Assembly: GCF_001194135.2 (NCBI RefSeq)
Contig: NC_068981.1
Location: 8,346,357 to 8,410,356, forward strand
Length of the DNA stretch: 64,000 bases
DNA from: Octopus bimaculoides
Taxonomy: Eukaryota
Direction: 5' to 3'
Below the pieces are notes generated by a model that made no database searches, had not been told where the DNA came from, and worked only from the letters and a program-made list of their open reading frames with translations. Position numbers and translations under genes: made by a program. Each line of letters begins with the position of its first letter. Within the stretch, counting starts at the first letter, position 1. This document shows, one piece after another, positions 26,168 to 40,749 of this stretch.

Positions 26168-26363
26168 CCTTTCAGTTTTGAAACTGGCCATATCTGACCA
26201 AAATATTCTGTTTTATATTCAAACTAACCAAATCTGGTCTCTCTACATTGTTATTCTAAAAATAAGCAATCACACCATCAAAATCTCAAAGCTATGGAAT
26301 TATACAGATTAAATCAAAACAAATAAGTATTATATTCATCAGAGTAATCTGATTACAAAATGG
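26168..26363. mobile_element. piggyBac-type MITE family 1 copy
   Basis: TTAA|CCTTTCAGTTTTGAAACTGGCCATATC...TTACAAAATGG|TTAA. Internal sequence similar to 20772-20991. Confidence 0.6.
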
Positions 26364-29268
26364 TTAATGTTCTCCAAGAAGTCTAAATTGTCAAATTCAC
26401 ATTCCAAGACATTTCAGTGCACATTCTTCAAAGGTGGGAGAGCTTGACAACCTGTGCAGGTGTGCTGTTCCTCAAATATTTACAGAAGCAAAGGTAGGAG
26501 GTCATTATTAGTTAAATCATTAACTGGGTGGTGGGATGGCACCATCCTCCACATACCATATATGTTCCATAGCCACCATATGTACTTCATGACTGCTGCA
26601 TGTGCCTCATAGATCACTACATGTGCCACTAAGTGTACATCTCATGGACCATTACTTATATGTTCCATAAATCAGTTCAATGTGTCTGACAGATTAACAC
26701 TGGTCTCTGGGCCACAGTTTTGTGAGTTTGTTTTTATAATGAAAGCATGTGGTCTAATCATTTGAATATTGGCCTCACTCATAAATCATGAGGTTGTGAG
26801 TTCAATTCCAAGAGAGGGTTGTGCATTGTGTCCTTGTACAAGACATTTTTGCTCCAGTCTACTTAGCTGTTAATGAATACCAGACTAGTGGTGACAAGTT
26901 TTACCAAGGATGGGGCTGGCCCAAAGATGGGAGGGCTGAGAGAATGTCTGTCTACAGAAGTACCAAAAACCATTAGCGAAAGTGTGGTACAAGCTCTCAG
27001 GTCATATTCGTTTGTGAGTGATGGCTTAGTTATTGTTGCAGACTATTAACTAAGATAATTAGTTTAAATAGCTTGTTAATGACAGTACAACCACCTCATT
27101 AAAACTTTACACTGACTTTTGTCAAAATAGCTTTCATTCTATCATTGAGTGGGAAGTAGAAATGTTGAGTGCCGAGAAGAAATCCTTGATTCCAATAATG
27201 TAGGTAAAAATTCTAAACTTGCAGAACTAACAAATACAAAAAATATGAACAACACAAAACTATAAGAAACTGAAGTGTCTGGTGCTAAAATATACAAGAT
27301 TTATACTTAGATGATAAGAAGAAAATAATTTTATACTTGAGAAATTTTATATTAAAACTGAAAACTAAATAGATTTCAATGGAAACTTTATTAAAGCTCA
27401 TTAGTAGGTGCTAATTACATAATCTATCTAAATCAGGGGGTGTGTATAAAAAATAGCATTCAACTTGCTGCATGACTGCAGTGGACATCCCCACCTTATC
27501 TTCCTTCCCAATACACCCTTGTCCAGCTGAACTCACTCAGCTCTGAGCCACCTCTGTAACAATTATCACCTATTCTTACCTTTATTTCTTCAACCACTCT
27601 TACTTTTGTCCACCTCAGCTATTAACAGTAACTCCCTTCCTGACTCAACCCCAAATAATCTTGCCTCCCTCCTCCCAACCATCTTGTCTCTTCTACTCTT
27701 CCACTCATTCTGCTCCTCCCTGGTCACCTGACCAAATGTACACATTATTGAGTACTCTCTACATTTACAGTCTTACATCCCCCTCGTTCACCCAACGCAT
27801 ACAAGCAGTAAAGTTATGTTAGCAGCAGCTCTCAATAAGAAATAACTTGAATTGTGATGACTTATATTAGCCCATCCCAGCAAGGAAAATCATCATCATC
27901 ATTTAATGTCCCCTTTCCATGCTGGTATGGGTTGGACAGTTTGATAGGAGACAGCAAGGCTGGAGAACTGCACCAAGCTGCAATGTTTGTATTGGCATGA
28001 TTTCTACAGCTGGATGCTCTTCCTAATGCATTTTACATGGCACCAACACCAGTGCACTTTACATGGGACCAGCAAAAAATACTTTCAGAGAAGAAACAGA
28101 ATGTGCTCTTGAAATCTGGTGTTCTTATGGAATACTGTAAAATTGAGCAGCAACATTCTTTGGGTTTTGGGGAGTTTTTTGAGGTAAAAACAGTTTTAAA
28201 AATGTCAAAGGTTGTTGTGTAGAGTTTTAAAATACTCAAAATGAACTGCTTTGATGAAAATTAAGACTAAATCTAGTTTAATTGCTCTGAAAAACTATGA
28301 TGAACAACATAGCTCTTCACAGATGTTTCATAAACTACAACTTAGAATGCACCTTAAACTGTTTGTTACTCATATTAGGAAGATGAATCTAACATTCCTA
28401 TCAATTGCTGCTATTACTCATTCTATGCAGTTGTGTTGCTTTCGGCTGTCTTTTTAGCTACTCACAATTTCTCTCCAAACTGAAGTTTACAGTAGTTTAA
28501 GACAGAGGTCACTCAACAGGAACTCATCTACTTCACCCTGAAGGGCTAGGGGGGGGGGAGGACACAATGGCTTCAAGTTCATTCTGTCAACTGCAGTATA
28601 AAAAAGATAATGATATCGCATACATGTATTTAATAAGAGCAGGATGTAACTTCCTCAATTTTCCACTTAAAAAGATTTTTTCTTCTCCTTCTTTCATCCC
28701 CCCCCCCACCTGCTCGTTTTGCTTTCATTATCTGTTAGCTAGTCCTGCCAGCCAGCCACCCAGCCACCCAGCCTGCATGCCTGCCTGCCTGCCTGCCTGC
28801 CTGCCTGACTGTTTATTCACCAACCAAATGTACACTAAAGTGTGTAGGTTCTTAGCAATAGGGAAAATTGAAACTGCAGAAATATTATATGTGCGTGTAA
28901 TAGAATAAGTTATAAAAGACTTAACATGTAATAAGAGTAGTTATCCCAACTGAATGCCCTATGGTGGCTCCATCTACATCTATCAAATGAACTCCATAAC
29001 ATTAACTAGCTTTTACTACAAGTCCATCTTATTTATAAACAATTACTGTGTACTTCAGCCATTCCTCATTATATCAAAATGCTTCTGTTACCCTCTGGTA
29101 CCAAACAAACGTTGTAATTACAGCACATTGAATCCATGTAATTCTCCAGAGTTCTATGAACACTTAACAATACCAAATATGTATTTGGATATTGTACCAA
29201 GCACTGATGGACAACAATTTCAAAAGAATCGGTAGCATTAACAGCAGTGTAATTGCTTCAAGTTATTA

Positions 29269-29299
<31 letters not shown>

Positions 29300-31044
29300 A
29301 AGAGAGAGAGAGAACTCAATAATAAACCATAAGTTTAATAAACATTTCTTCCCTGAAGAAATGTTATGTGCAGCTGTTTTAGGAAACATTATGTAAGAAA
29401 TTTCAGATCTTGTTAAATTTCTTCTGACCACTTGAAGTTCACCAGACTTTTTTTTTAATTTTCTACACTGATGTAAATTATTTAATCTTAATTTCTAGAA
29501 AAAAAAATGAATGTAATTTATGTCATCAGCATGCAAAACTATATTTTATGAAAATAATCAGATGAAATTTGAAATGCTTCGAGTGGTTGGGAAAAATTTA
29601 ACAAGGTCCAACATTTCAACAATTCTTTATATCGGGTGTAGATTTTTCCTTTTAATTCTATATTTCATGGTAAAAACTGGATTTCAACAGTGAACAGCAA
29701 GAAAAGAATGACAATAAGTTATAAACATTGTTTGTGAACTAGAAACCTCATCTTGATGTGTGTGCAATGTTTTATCTTGCTAGTTAATGTTAAAACAAAC
29801 ACAAGAGGTTTTTATTCAAGGTCAGTTTTACCAAAACACCACATCAAATATGACAAGTTTGATGTTCAAGTTTTTAGGAGAAAAGTTTTGTCATTTCAAA
29901 CCTAACTGATCTTCAGTCTTTTTTATTGTTAGATTTTCCATAAAAAATTATTCTTCAACAGAAGACAACACCACTCCTCACCTGACCACCACCGACTGTT
30001 TCCTCTTACAAAGACAAGAAAAAGAAAACAAACCTATCAATGGTAAATTCTGTTAGACACAAATGAGAAATCCATTCTTTGTTTACTTATTTATTTATTT
30101 GTCTGCCTTTTCTAGGCTGACATAAATTTCAAAGGTTTGCTATTCTATACTAAGAGACACTACTACTACTACTACTACTAGTAAATGGAGCCGTAACACT
30201 CATGTGTCAACAGCTGATGTGCTGTATGAGAGAGAGAGAGGTGGGAAGAGATTGTATGGAGTTATGAACTGGGTGCCCCAAAAATACCCCAAAATACAAG
30301 AAATACTGACAGAAACACAAAAACAGGCAAAATTAAGTACGAATGCACCAGGTTGGAACTGGAAACTAAAATAAACAAAAGAAATTAGTTTTATATCTTC
30401 ATTCATAAGTTCATTTTCTCTTTTAGAATGTGTGGTAATTATAAAGTAATAATTTGACTTAAAAGCACACTATGGCAAAAATAGGATTACAGCCAAGAGC
30501 TGTAGATTGTCTCAATAACACAATAAAACATTTTAAAATTTATCTTTACAGATTTTCTATAGAATTCAGTGCCAGCACAGAAAGTTACATTTTGCATATG
30601 AATACGTTTATGTAAACAATGCAATCGAAGATAGAAAAAATAGGTAATGTGTGTACATGCATGTTTCAGGAATTATTGTACTTTCATCAGCACCAAATTA
30701 ACAAAAAGTCAAGGGTTAATGAAATTTGTACAACAACCTATCTCCTCCATTCATCTTTTAATTTTTCTTGATTTCTGTTGACAAAAACAACTTTCTATAA
30801 TCTATTTTTCATCCAGCCTCTTCCTTCAACTTCTTAAATTTTTCTCAAAGTTTTTGTTTTGAAAATGTTTTCAAAGCTAAGCCTATAAGCACAAGCGTGA
30901 CTGGGTGGCAAGAAGCTTGCTTCCCAACCACATTGATCCAGGTTCAGTCCCACTGTATGGTACCTTCGGGAAGTATCTTCTACTACAGCCCAGGGCTGAC
31001 CAAAGCCTTGTGAATGGATTGGATAGATGGAAACTGAAAAAAGC

Positions 31045-31152
<108 letters not shown>

Positions 31153-31649
31153 CCAACCAGGAGTAAAATTATGCATCTGATGAAAGATATGGCAAACTGG
31201 TCTCTGGATATTAGTCGTCTGGGTGACAAAACTGGCCACTGGTCACTTTGGTAACAACACTAAGGATAATGTAACCCTATAAACAAAGACATTCCAACTA
31301 TGACAATCAACCAAAGTTTACATTACTTAGCATATCCTTCCTTTTTCAAAATGCACCAGTATGATTTTAGGAGGATTTGGTTACTAATTTTAGCAGGTCA
31401 GCTGAGCACCTGTAAACTTTCTTTTACACTCAAGTGGTCACACAATTGGCAACAACAAAACAATTCCATCAGAAGAGAAACAATAAATCTAAACTTTGGA
31501 TTACTCTGTCAAATGTCATGCTTATATTGTTCACAGCTTTGTAGGATGTTATTATGTTAGGACACAAGAGCCACCTAAGCAGACTGGAACCAGTATTAAG
31601 GAAGGATAGGAAAATATTAGATATATAAGCCCTAAAATTCACTCCATAA

Positions 31650-31890
31650 TTGTCCGCAGGCATAGTGGTTAAGAGCATGGGCTACTAACCCCAAGATTCC
31701 GACTTCGATTCCAGGCAGTGACCTGAATAATAATAACATTGAAAAATACCTTAGGAATGAGAACCCAGGTTCGAAAGCTGGAGGGTATATCAACCAAAAC
31801 GTGTTAACAACGAATGAGGACAAATATCAGCCAAATGTAAATAATATAAATAATGTAAATAATTCCTCATCTCTTAAATATAGGACTGTG
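31650..31890 (+). mobile_element. tRNA-derived SINE family D
   Basis: tRNA-like head GGCATAGTGGTTAAGAGC...GACTTCGATTCCAGGC (A and B boxes), then a non-tRNA body ending AATTCCTCATCTCTTAAATATAGGACTG. Confidence 0.65.
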
Positions 31891-33594
31891 ATTGTTTATG
31901 TTTAGACTAACATTGTAGGATAGGTAGGAGAGGCCAGATGTGGTTAGTTTGAACATAAAACAGGTAGAATATTTGAGCTGGATATGGGGGCTAGTTTAAA
32001 TGCTAATGGGTCAAGCAAGTAATCTTTATTATCTTAATCCTTTCACAATCCAAAGTCAACAGCTGATGGAACAAATTCACTTTGAAACCATGGGTGTTCT
32101 TTTTTGTTTTTGTTTTTAGAAGTGGAGTGTTAAATAAAATATGTAAATTTTTAGTTTATTAATTAACTAATATTTGAAATATGTAATGCTTTCTTTGTTG
32201 AAATTTCATTTTGACATTAAACTAAAATGAAACATTTACTTGCGAAAAAGTGACAAACTAGAAATCAGAATAATAGAAAGATAACGCTTATTAAAGATTA
32301 AATATTGTTGGAATTCAGTTACATTAGAAAAGCAAACTTCTTCAACATCAACACACTTGAAGACTATTACAAACAGTAACACACTATGAAGAACTTTTAT
32401 GCAGTGCATGTGGTTATTACTGGCTTAATGAACCTCCCGATAAACAATAAAATGTTTCAACAACTAAGTTCACATCAACAATCTTGCAAATATTCTACGT
32501 AGACATTCTGTTTTAATATTTTCCATAACAGAGTTGATTTGTTTATCAATATGCAAAAAAAAAAAAATGTAAAATAACATGCAGAAAATACATAATTGTT
32601 TGGCTAAGGTAGAAGGGGAACATGAAAACTGGATTAAAGTCAATCGTCAAAGTTAAGTAAACCATAAATATTTTGAAAATATTCTGGAATGGATAAGATT
32701 AAGGGAACACAGATGCACAACAAGTATTGATCAAAACAAAATCACTTTGAGCTACCAAAGAACTACCATTTCCGACTTAATTAAAAAAAAGTCTTAGATG
32801 TTAGGTTTCCCAGGAAAAGGTAACAGAAATACAGCTGAAACTGAGAGAAACAAAGAAAATGTGTCTGCAGGTTGAAATATTAAAACAAATTCAGGATTCA
32901 TAATTTCTTTTGTTCCAATAACATTTCAATGAATCTTTCTTTCAAAGTTGACAATTAGTACCAGGAAGATTATGGACAACTGTTAGACAAATGACATAGA
33001 AAGTGGAATAGAAAAATGGAATCACTAAAAGAAAATATCACAATGAATTTCTTAAAAATATAGATAATGGAGAATTCAGTAGTTTCAAGGATATAAACTC
33101 TATCAAACAAAGTGTAGCACTGGTAAAATGACAAATCTCACTCAAGACAAACAAAGAATTCTAAAATTGGAGAGAAAAAATTTTTCAGGTTTCACCTCTA
33201 CCAACATATATTAGATCTTTCAAATCAACATTCAAACACAGCATTTACACTCGTTATTCTTTCCAAAACTGCTCAGTTCCAGTATCCTTTTCAGCTACAG
33301 CTCTCTCAACTACTATCCATCATCATCATCATCATCTAACAGCTAATTTTCTATGCTGGCCATGATCAGACAAAGCAACAGATTCTTCAATGGCTGAATG
33401 CCCTTCTGGTTGCCAACCCAAACCTGTTTCTATCTAAGGTAATATTTCCTCGAGGTTAGGTATGTTTTTTGTTTTTTTTTTTTCATAGCAGACTGGAAAT
33501 GAACATCACTTGTGTATCAGTGATACACATTTACAACCATTAAACAATGTCAAGATATGGCTGTATACACACACACAAAAACATACATACATAT

Positions 33595-33626
<32 letters not shown>

Positions 33627-34940
33627 CTGACTTTCATTCTTTTGGGGGAAACATTTTTGCTTCTTTGGTTGACTTTATCCAAGTCTGCCTCATCCCTCAA
33701 TGTTTCTCACTACTAGACTCTCTACACCAGCGATGGATGCAGAGCTTTACAAAATAGTTCCATAAATTTTGGGCGAACATTTTTTTGTATATTTGATAAT
33801 GCTAATTACCAGTGCAAAGCAAGCGATATATTTTGTCAGATGGGTGTCGATTAAGGGTGGATTAGAATATAAATTAATCCAGGATAAAATTAAAACCTAT
33901 GATCTAAGAAATAGTTAAGTTGTTTAGCAAGTTAAGCATTTCAGCATTCTGTTCTGAGACCCGAGAGCTTGGTTCCTTGGGTTCTATTAAAGAATCAAAC
34001 CCATGCTAGAATGGAAGTCAGATGAATGATGAAGATGATTGTGTGAAGTATTTCTTATGGAAGCAAAAGATGGGGAGTTAAAGGAATTCCTTTTCATCAT
34101 TGCAAAGTAGAAACCACAAAAGCAGAACAGAAATAACCAGAATGGACCATGTTGCCAGAACTGGTGTTCAATGGCGTTCATTTTCCCCGAACTGGATAAA
34201 TGCAATCAAAGAAATTAGAGCAGTCTAAAGTAGAATACAAGAGACGCCAATACTTAAATAAATGGCAAATAGAGAGGGGGTGGAGAAAGAGGGGAGGAGG
34301 GAGAGAGAGAAACTTTGTTGGTAGCTATGGCCATGGGTGAAATGATTGTCTTAGATGTGACAAAGTCAATTAGTAAAAGGAAAAAAATATGTCTGATGAT
34401 GTCATAAACTTTAGAAATGTAAGGAACATGATGAGTAAAAGAGAGACAAATGGACAGGAATGTCTAGAATGAAACAGTCTCATCTTGGAATAGACTTACA
34501 ATCCCAAGGAAGAAGCTAATATTGTTTCCTATCCATTAGATAGCTAGTTACTTGACTTAGTTTGGTTCCAAATGAAAATAGAACCCAAGGAACCAACAGG
34601 TTAACTTGGAGTAAACATTTCTGCAGAAAGAGAAGGAACATTATAAAAAGAAGAAAAAAACAAACAAATAATAACCAGAGTAACTTCTACAAGGAACTGG
34701 GTCGTTATGTAAAGAAATTAAAAAGAAAGAACTCTGAAAAACATTATCTGAAACAACATATGATAATATGGTGAAGACATGACTGTGGTTGAGAAGGTTC
34801 AGGGTTCAATCCCAGTGCATGGCTTCTTGGTCAAGTGTCTTCTATGGCTCTAGGCTGACTAGAGCCTTGAGAGTGGATTTGATGGACAGAAACTGAAAGA
34901 AGCCCGTTCATCATCATTTAATGTCCATATATATAGTTAT

Positions 34941-34978
<38 letters not shown>

Positions 34979-35684
34979 CCTTGTTTTGAGATCACATGAT
35001 GGTTGTGTACAAGCTATGTTGTTCATTTCCAGTCTTCTGTAAAAAAACAGGTCTGGTGATGGAAAAATATGAGCTTGCTTGATAAGAGGTGAGGGTCAGC
35101 AACAGGAGGGGCATCCAGTCATTGGGAATCTGACTCATGCAAATATGGAAAAGTGGATGTTAAAACAATGATGATGATGATGATGGTGGTAGTGGTGGAG
35201 TACAGGAAATAAGGCAATGGAGGGGTGGCCATGAATGGAATAATAAAATTAGTAAAGTACTACAGCTGAATAGAGAGAGTGATACAGGAATAAGTCTGTA
35301 ATTCACTGGAAATATGGGATAAAGACATGGAATCGGTTGATAGATGTAAAAACAGATAACTAAATCTACAACAGAACTGAAACAATTTAAACAGTGAAAA
35401 TTATCAAGAAAAAAAAATGTACTTTTATGAAAATTTATAAACATTTCCCTGTTGTACATAAATTTGTTCATTGCAGAATGGATTATTTTGTTTTTTGTTA
35501 ATCTGTGTAGTTATTACAAGTTGTTCTAACCAACATATACCAACCCCACAGCTAATCACTCAACTATGAAATAGGAATGGCACTCATTTCCATCCCAGAC
35601 ACGGTTCAGTGTCTGTTATAATAAAAAGCTAACAACAACAACAACTGTTTGTCAGTAATCCAGGAGTTAATCCACTTTGTGTTG

Positions 35685-35995
35685 TGAAGGTGCATGGCTT
35701 AGTGGTTTTGGTATTCAACTCATAATCATAAGACTGTGAGTTCGATTCCTGGCAGCGCATTATGTCCTTAAGCAAGACACTTTATTTCCACTCAGCTGGC
35801 AAAAATAAGCCATACCTGTAATTCAAAGGGCCGGCCTTGTCCTATTCTGTGTCAGACTGAATTTCCCTGAGGAACTACATTAAGGGTATGCGGCTCTGTG
35901 GAGTTCTCAGCCACTTTCAGGTTTGTTTCACAAGCAAGCTGTCCAGTTGATCGGATCAACTGAAAGCCTCGACACCGTGACCGATGGAGTACTAG
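35685..35995 (+). mobile_element. SINE family B copy
   Basis: GCATGGCTTAGTGGTT...GAGTTCGATTCCTGGC...TTGATCGGATCAACTG...CCGTGACCGATGGAGT. Confidence 0.75.
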
Positions 35996-36835
35996 TAATC
36001 TCACTGTGATTTCAAACAGAGATCTCTCTTCTATCAAGGATGTCTTATATGAACAGACAAACCAGAATCCTCACCACCATTTCAAAAAATTTTTTTTTTT
36101 CCATGTTGTATAGGATAGATGGAACACAATGAAGCAGATTTTGTATGGCTAGATGTCCTTCCAGTTGCCAACTCCTACCTGTCTCTAAGTAAGATATTTC
36201 TTCATAGCCAGACGTATTTTTACAGAAGATTGAAAGCAAAGGACACTGCTTGTATGATGATGAGACTCATTTACAACCACCACATGATATCAAGATTTGG
36301 AAACAATAGCACACACACACACACACACATATGAATAATAAAAAATGCAGTATAGGAGGATGACAAAGGAAGATAAGGAAACATAGGATAAAACAAAAAT
36401 CACACACATTGGATGCAGCCATAATCAACCTCTCCTCCAAGTTGTCAACCAAATACCATCACAATTTCTCTCCCCTAAATCCACTAACAAGGTTTTAGTC
36501 AGCCTGCAGCTGTAGTAGGAGATACTTGCCCAAGATGCAATACAGTGGAACTGAACCCATAACCCTGTGGTTGAGAAGCAAGCTTCTTAGCCACACATCT
36601 GCACCTATCAAAATACTTATTTATTTTCTTAATTCTATAAGAAAGAAAAGCAAACTCCATGAGAGCAAGATTTGAACTAAGAATCTAAAGAGATGCAACT
36701 AAATATCATCAGAGACAGAGTTGTGTCTGCTTATAATGACAAGATTCCCAAGGCACTTTGGGAAGTGGCTGTCTTCTATTATGGCCTTCAGCTGACCAAT
36801 ACTTTTAGAACAATTGGTAGACAGGTAGACAGAGT

Positions 36836-36868
<33 letters not shown>

Positions 36869-38480
36869 GGGGGGGAGGGCATGTGAATGCTTTTTCCCAA
36901 TGATTGAGTGAAAGAAAAATGGTGCCTTTGATTATATTTTCTGGTAAAGAGAAATCCTGTAGTTTCAGTAGCTTCATTGCTTTTGACATTTGAGAAGCGG
37001 TGACATGAAGATGTGTTACATGGCAAACAAGGACTGGTGACCAGAAAAATCATCTGGTTTTAGAAAATCTGCTTTGACAAGTTTCTCCTAACCCATGCCA
37101 GCAAAGAAAATAGATGTGAAAGCAGTGATTCTAACTGAGATTTCAGTAACTGTACCATCCACATTATCAGCACACTGCCACTTATTAGTAAGGAAGGGAC
37201 ATAATTAATCGATTATCAGTGTTAAAGGCACATGGCCTAGTGGTTAGACATGTTGCAATCACAATTATGGGTTCAATTCCCAGACCAGCAGCATGTTGCA
37301 TTCTCGAGCAAAACACTTCATTTCATGTTGCCCCAGTCTACTCAGCTGTAAATGGGTCAGCTGTAAACGGAGTAGCCTTGCAATCAGGGCAAATGTTGGC
37401 TTGCTTGCCCAGCCAGCAGGATAGCATCATTCAAAAGCTAAAACAATACAAAGTGACCAGTGATGTACAGCAACACTGAATAGTCTGATTGGACAGGTGT
37501 GATCACATGATATTACCAGTTTTATAAGGTGAACGCCAGAGAGAGATTAAAGTGAATCCTGGTAAGACTGAAACTAATATGACAGTTCGGCCTTCAACAA
37601 CTACCACCTACCACTCTTAATAATTTCTACCATTAACAGAGGCCACAGAGATATTTGATGTCAGAAGAGGACAACAGAAGTGAAAAGAAAGTGAAAGTAA
37701 ATACCAGCAGAATGCTTCCCTGCTTTTACTGCTCTATTAAAGAATTTAATTGATTCTAATGGTTAACAGGTCTTGGAAAGATGAAAACCATGGTGACTTC
37801 TGTATGAAGACTGTCACTGGGAAATCTACTACTTTTAATAATATACATTATTTGGAATTTTGGCCTAAGGCCCCAAATTGGGAGGAGGTGTACTGTTAAT
37901 TGGTACCTGTGTAATCAAGCTGTGAAGGCAAAATTAGTAAGCTTTAACCCTGAATACACCATAATAATAGAATATAGACTGGTACTTTAACAAACCCCAG
38001 GTACACTACGGCAGAATACAATCTGGTACTCTAAGAAACCCTGAGCACACTATACAGTCCAGTTCTCTGGCACTATAACACAGACAACGTTACCCATTTT
38101 GTGGAATGGGAACAGCCCACTCGTAATATTTGATTTTGTACTTATTTGATTAATTCCTAAAAAACTGAAATATAAAGCACACACAGTAGGAACTGAACTC
38201 AGAATGAAAAACTGCATCAATAACCCAATGATGATGATGATGATGAGGGCAACAGACATATTACTGTGATGCTTGTCCCAAAATGATTTATGAGAATGAA
38301 TCAGTGCCATCTGGTGTCAGAGAATTTTCAAAACCTTATAGAATTTACACAAATTCACATTTCGTCTTTATATTAACGACAGAGCTAGTCACTTCTCAAG
38401 ATGTTCTTCAATGAGGTTTTCTGAAGAAATAACATACAAGCCCACCTCTCGTTCCACACTGACCACCACTCCTTACACAA

Positions 38481-38523
<43 letters not shown>

Positions 38524-38929
38524 TTTCTCAGCGGCAGTTACATCAGCCCCCATCTCCCACCAGACAATCAAGTTTGAGTCATCACAGCTCACTAATGTTC
38601 TATTCTCTAACCTAGTTATTGGCAGCACAAGTTTAATGAGGTTTGTTAGTAATTTGCTGCCTGTTACTAAGCCATTTAGTTAGCTGACCAACTATGGATG
38701 TCAAGCCTTAAATGAAAAAAAAAAAAAAAAAAATTCAAGAGTAAATAAAGACCAGATTGTTGGCTAGGTCATGAACAGGTGACACTTTTTTTCTATTTAT
38801 AAATATAAACTTTGTTTACCTGGAAACACTAAAAGTTTACATATACATATATTATTTTTAATTGGCAGACGTTACAGAGTGATTCGAGGATCAAGAGTTC
38901 AATGCATACCAGTTATATATCACGTCTCT

Positions 38930-39322
38930 TTTATTTTTTACTTGTTTCAATCATTACACTACGGCCATGTTGGGGCACCACTGTGGAGAAATTTTAGTCA
39001 AATGAATCGAACTCCTGTACGTTTTTTTTTTTTAAGCCTGGTACTTATTCTATCAGTTTCATTTGCTGAACCGCTAAGTTATGGGGATGTAAATACACCA
39101 ACACCAGTTGCCAAAAAGTGGTAGGGGACAAACAGAAACACACACACACACATACACACACGATAGGCTTCTTTCAGTTTCCGTCAACTAAATCCACCCG
39201 CAGGACCTTGATCGGTCAGAGGCTACAGTAGAAGACACTTGCCCAAGGTGCTACGCAGTGGGACTGAACCCGGAACCATGTGGTTGGGAAACAATCTCCT
39301 TACCACACAGCCACGCCTGCGC
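38930..39322 (-). mobile_element. tRNA-derived SINE family A, full-length CpG-rich copy
   Basis: Minus head GGCGTGGCTGTGTGGTAAGGAGATTGTTTCCCAACCACATGGTTCCGGGTTCAGTCCCACTGCGTAGCACCTTGGGCAAGTGTCTTC (A/B-box-like plus a CORE-like CCTTGGGCAAGT), then GAAACTGAAAGAAGCC, (GT)n, and a 3' module ending GACTGAAACAAGTAAAA. About 20 copies: e.g. 10710-10830(-), 17100-17255(+), 23690-23980(-), 30890-31045(+), 34775-34910(+), 36470-36605(-), 42890-43040(+), 45910-46030(-), 49390-49540(-), 53270-53395(+), 54515-54870(-, two), 55720-55830(+), 60295-60385(+). Confidence 0.85.
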
Positions 39323-39647
39323 ATAACTGAGTGAAAAGACTGTTTTTGGAGTTACGGGTCAGGCAGATATTAATAACTAAGTAACCACAATTAAGTAATT
39401 CGTAATATAATTCTACAATAATTCCTTTCGTTATTTAATTTATTAATAAAAACAGACTTTTTACAGGCTAATCATTGACATTATTAAATACAAAATTAAT
39501 TCGAAAAGTATGAGAATAACAAATACAAAATTTATTTTTAAATCATTTAAAAAAAAAACTGGAAATAACCTAGTTTTTTTTTTTAGAATAGAATGTAATC
39601 AATAAGTTGAAAAGCCAGTTAGTTCAAAACTTAGTAGTAGTAGTAGT

Positions 39648-40551
39648 NNNNNNNNNNNNNNNNNNNNNNNNNNNNNNNNNNNNNNNNNNNNNNNNNNNNN
39701 NNNNNNNNNNNNNNNNNNNNNNNNNNNNNNNNNNNNNNNNNNNNNNNNNNNNNNNNNNNNNNNNNNNNNNNNNNNNNNNNNNNNNNNNNNNNNNNNNNNN
39801 NNNNNNNNNNNNNNNNNNNNNNNNNNNNNNNNNNNNNNNNNNNNNNNNNNNNNNNNNNNNNNNNNNNNNNNNNNNNNNNNNNNNNNNNNNNNNNNNNNNN
39901 NNNNNNNNNNNNNNNNNNNNNNNNNNNNNNNNNNNNNNNNNNNNNNNNNNNNNNNNNNNNNNNNNNNNNNNNNNNNNNNNNNNNNNNNNNNNNNNNNNNN
40001 NNNNNNNNNNNNNNNNNNNNNNNNNNNNNNNNNNNNNNNNNNNNNNNNNNNNNNNNNNNNNNNNNNNNNNNNNNNNNNNNNNNNNNNNNNNNNNNNNNNN
40101 NNNNNNNNNNNNNNNNNNNNNNNNNNNNNNNNNNNNNNNNNNNNNNNNNNNNNNNNNNNNNNNNNNNNNNNNNNNNNNNNNNNNNNNNNNNNNNNNNNNN
40201 NNNNNNNNNNNNNNNNNNNNNNNNNNNNNNNNNNNNNNNNNNNNNNNNNNNNNNNNNNNNNNNNNNNNNNNNNNNNNNNNNNNNNNNNNNNNNNNNNNNN
40301 NNNNNNNNNNNNNNNNNNNNNNNNNNNNNNNNNNNNNNNNNNNNNNNNNNNNNNNNNNNNNNNNNNNNNNNNNNNNNNNNNNNNNNNNNNNNNNNNNNNN
40401 NNNNNNNNNNNNNNNNNNNNNNNNNNNNNNNNNNNNNNNNNNNNNNNNNNNNNNNNNNNNNNNNNNNNNNNNNNNNNNNNNNNNNNNNNNNNNNNNNNNN
40501 NNNNNNNNNNNNNNNNNNNNNNNNNNNNNNNNNNNNNNNNNNNNNNNNNNN
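39648..40551. other. Assembly gap (largest of nine)
   Basis: N-run. Other gaps at about 19282-19615, 25793-25802, 41080-41363, 45810-45909, 47131-47674, 50056-50385, 55367-55398 and 62676-62685, nearly all abutting microsatellites. Confidence 0.98.
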
Positions 40552-40712
40552 ATATATATATAAGCATACAAGAGATGTGTACGTATATAACATATACACA
40601 AAACACTTATACATAGTTAAATAAATATACATACACACAAATATATGTACATACATATTACACAAAGATACGCACAAACAAACATCGTGTGTATATATTA
40701 TCTCTCTCTCTC

Positions 40713-40749
<37 letters not shown>

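Noticed and set aside
31650-31725. tRNA gene
   Set aside because: A and B boxes are present, but there is no acceptor stem or Pol III terminator, and it continues into a repeat body. It is a SINE head, as are the other tRNA-like heads.
31765-31810. Hammerhead remnant in SINE family D (GCTG...CAAC-CAAAACG)
   Set aside because: No CUGANGA core and GAAA is altered. It cannot be supported from this copy alone.
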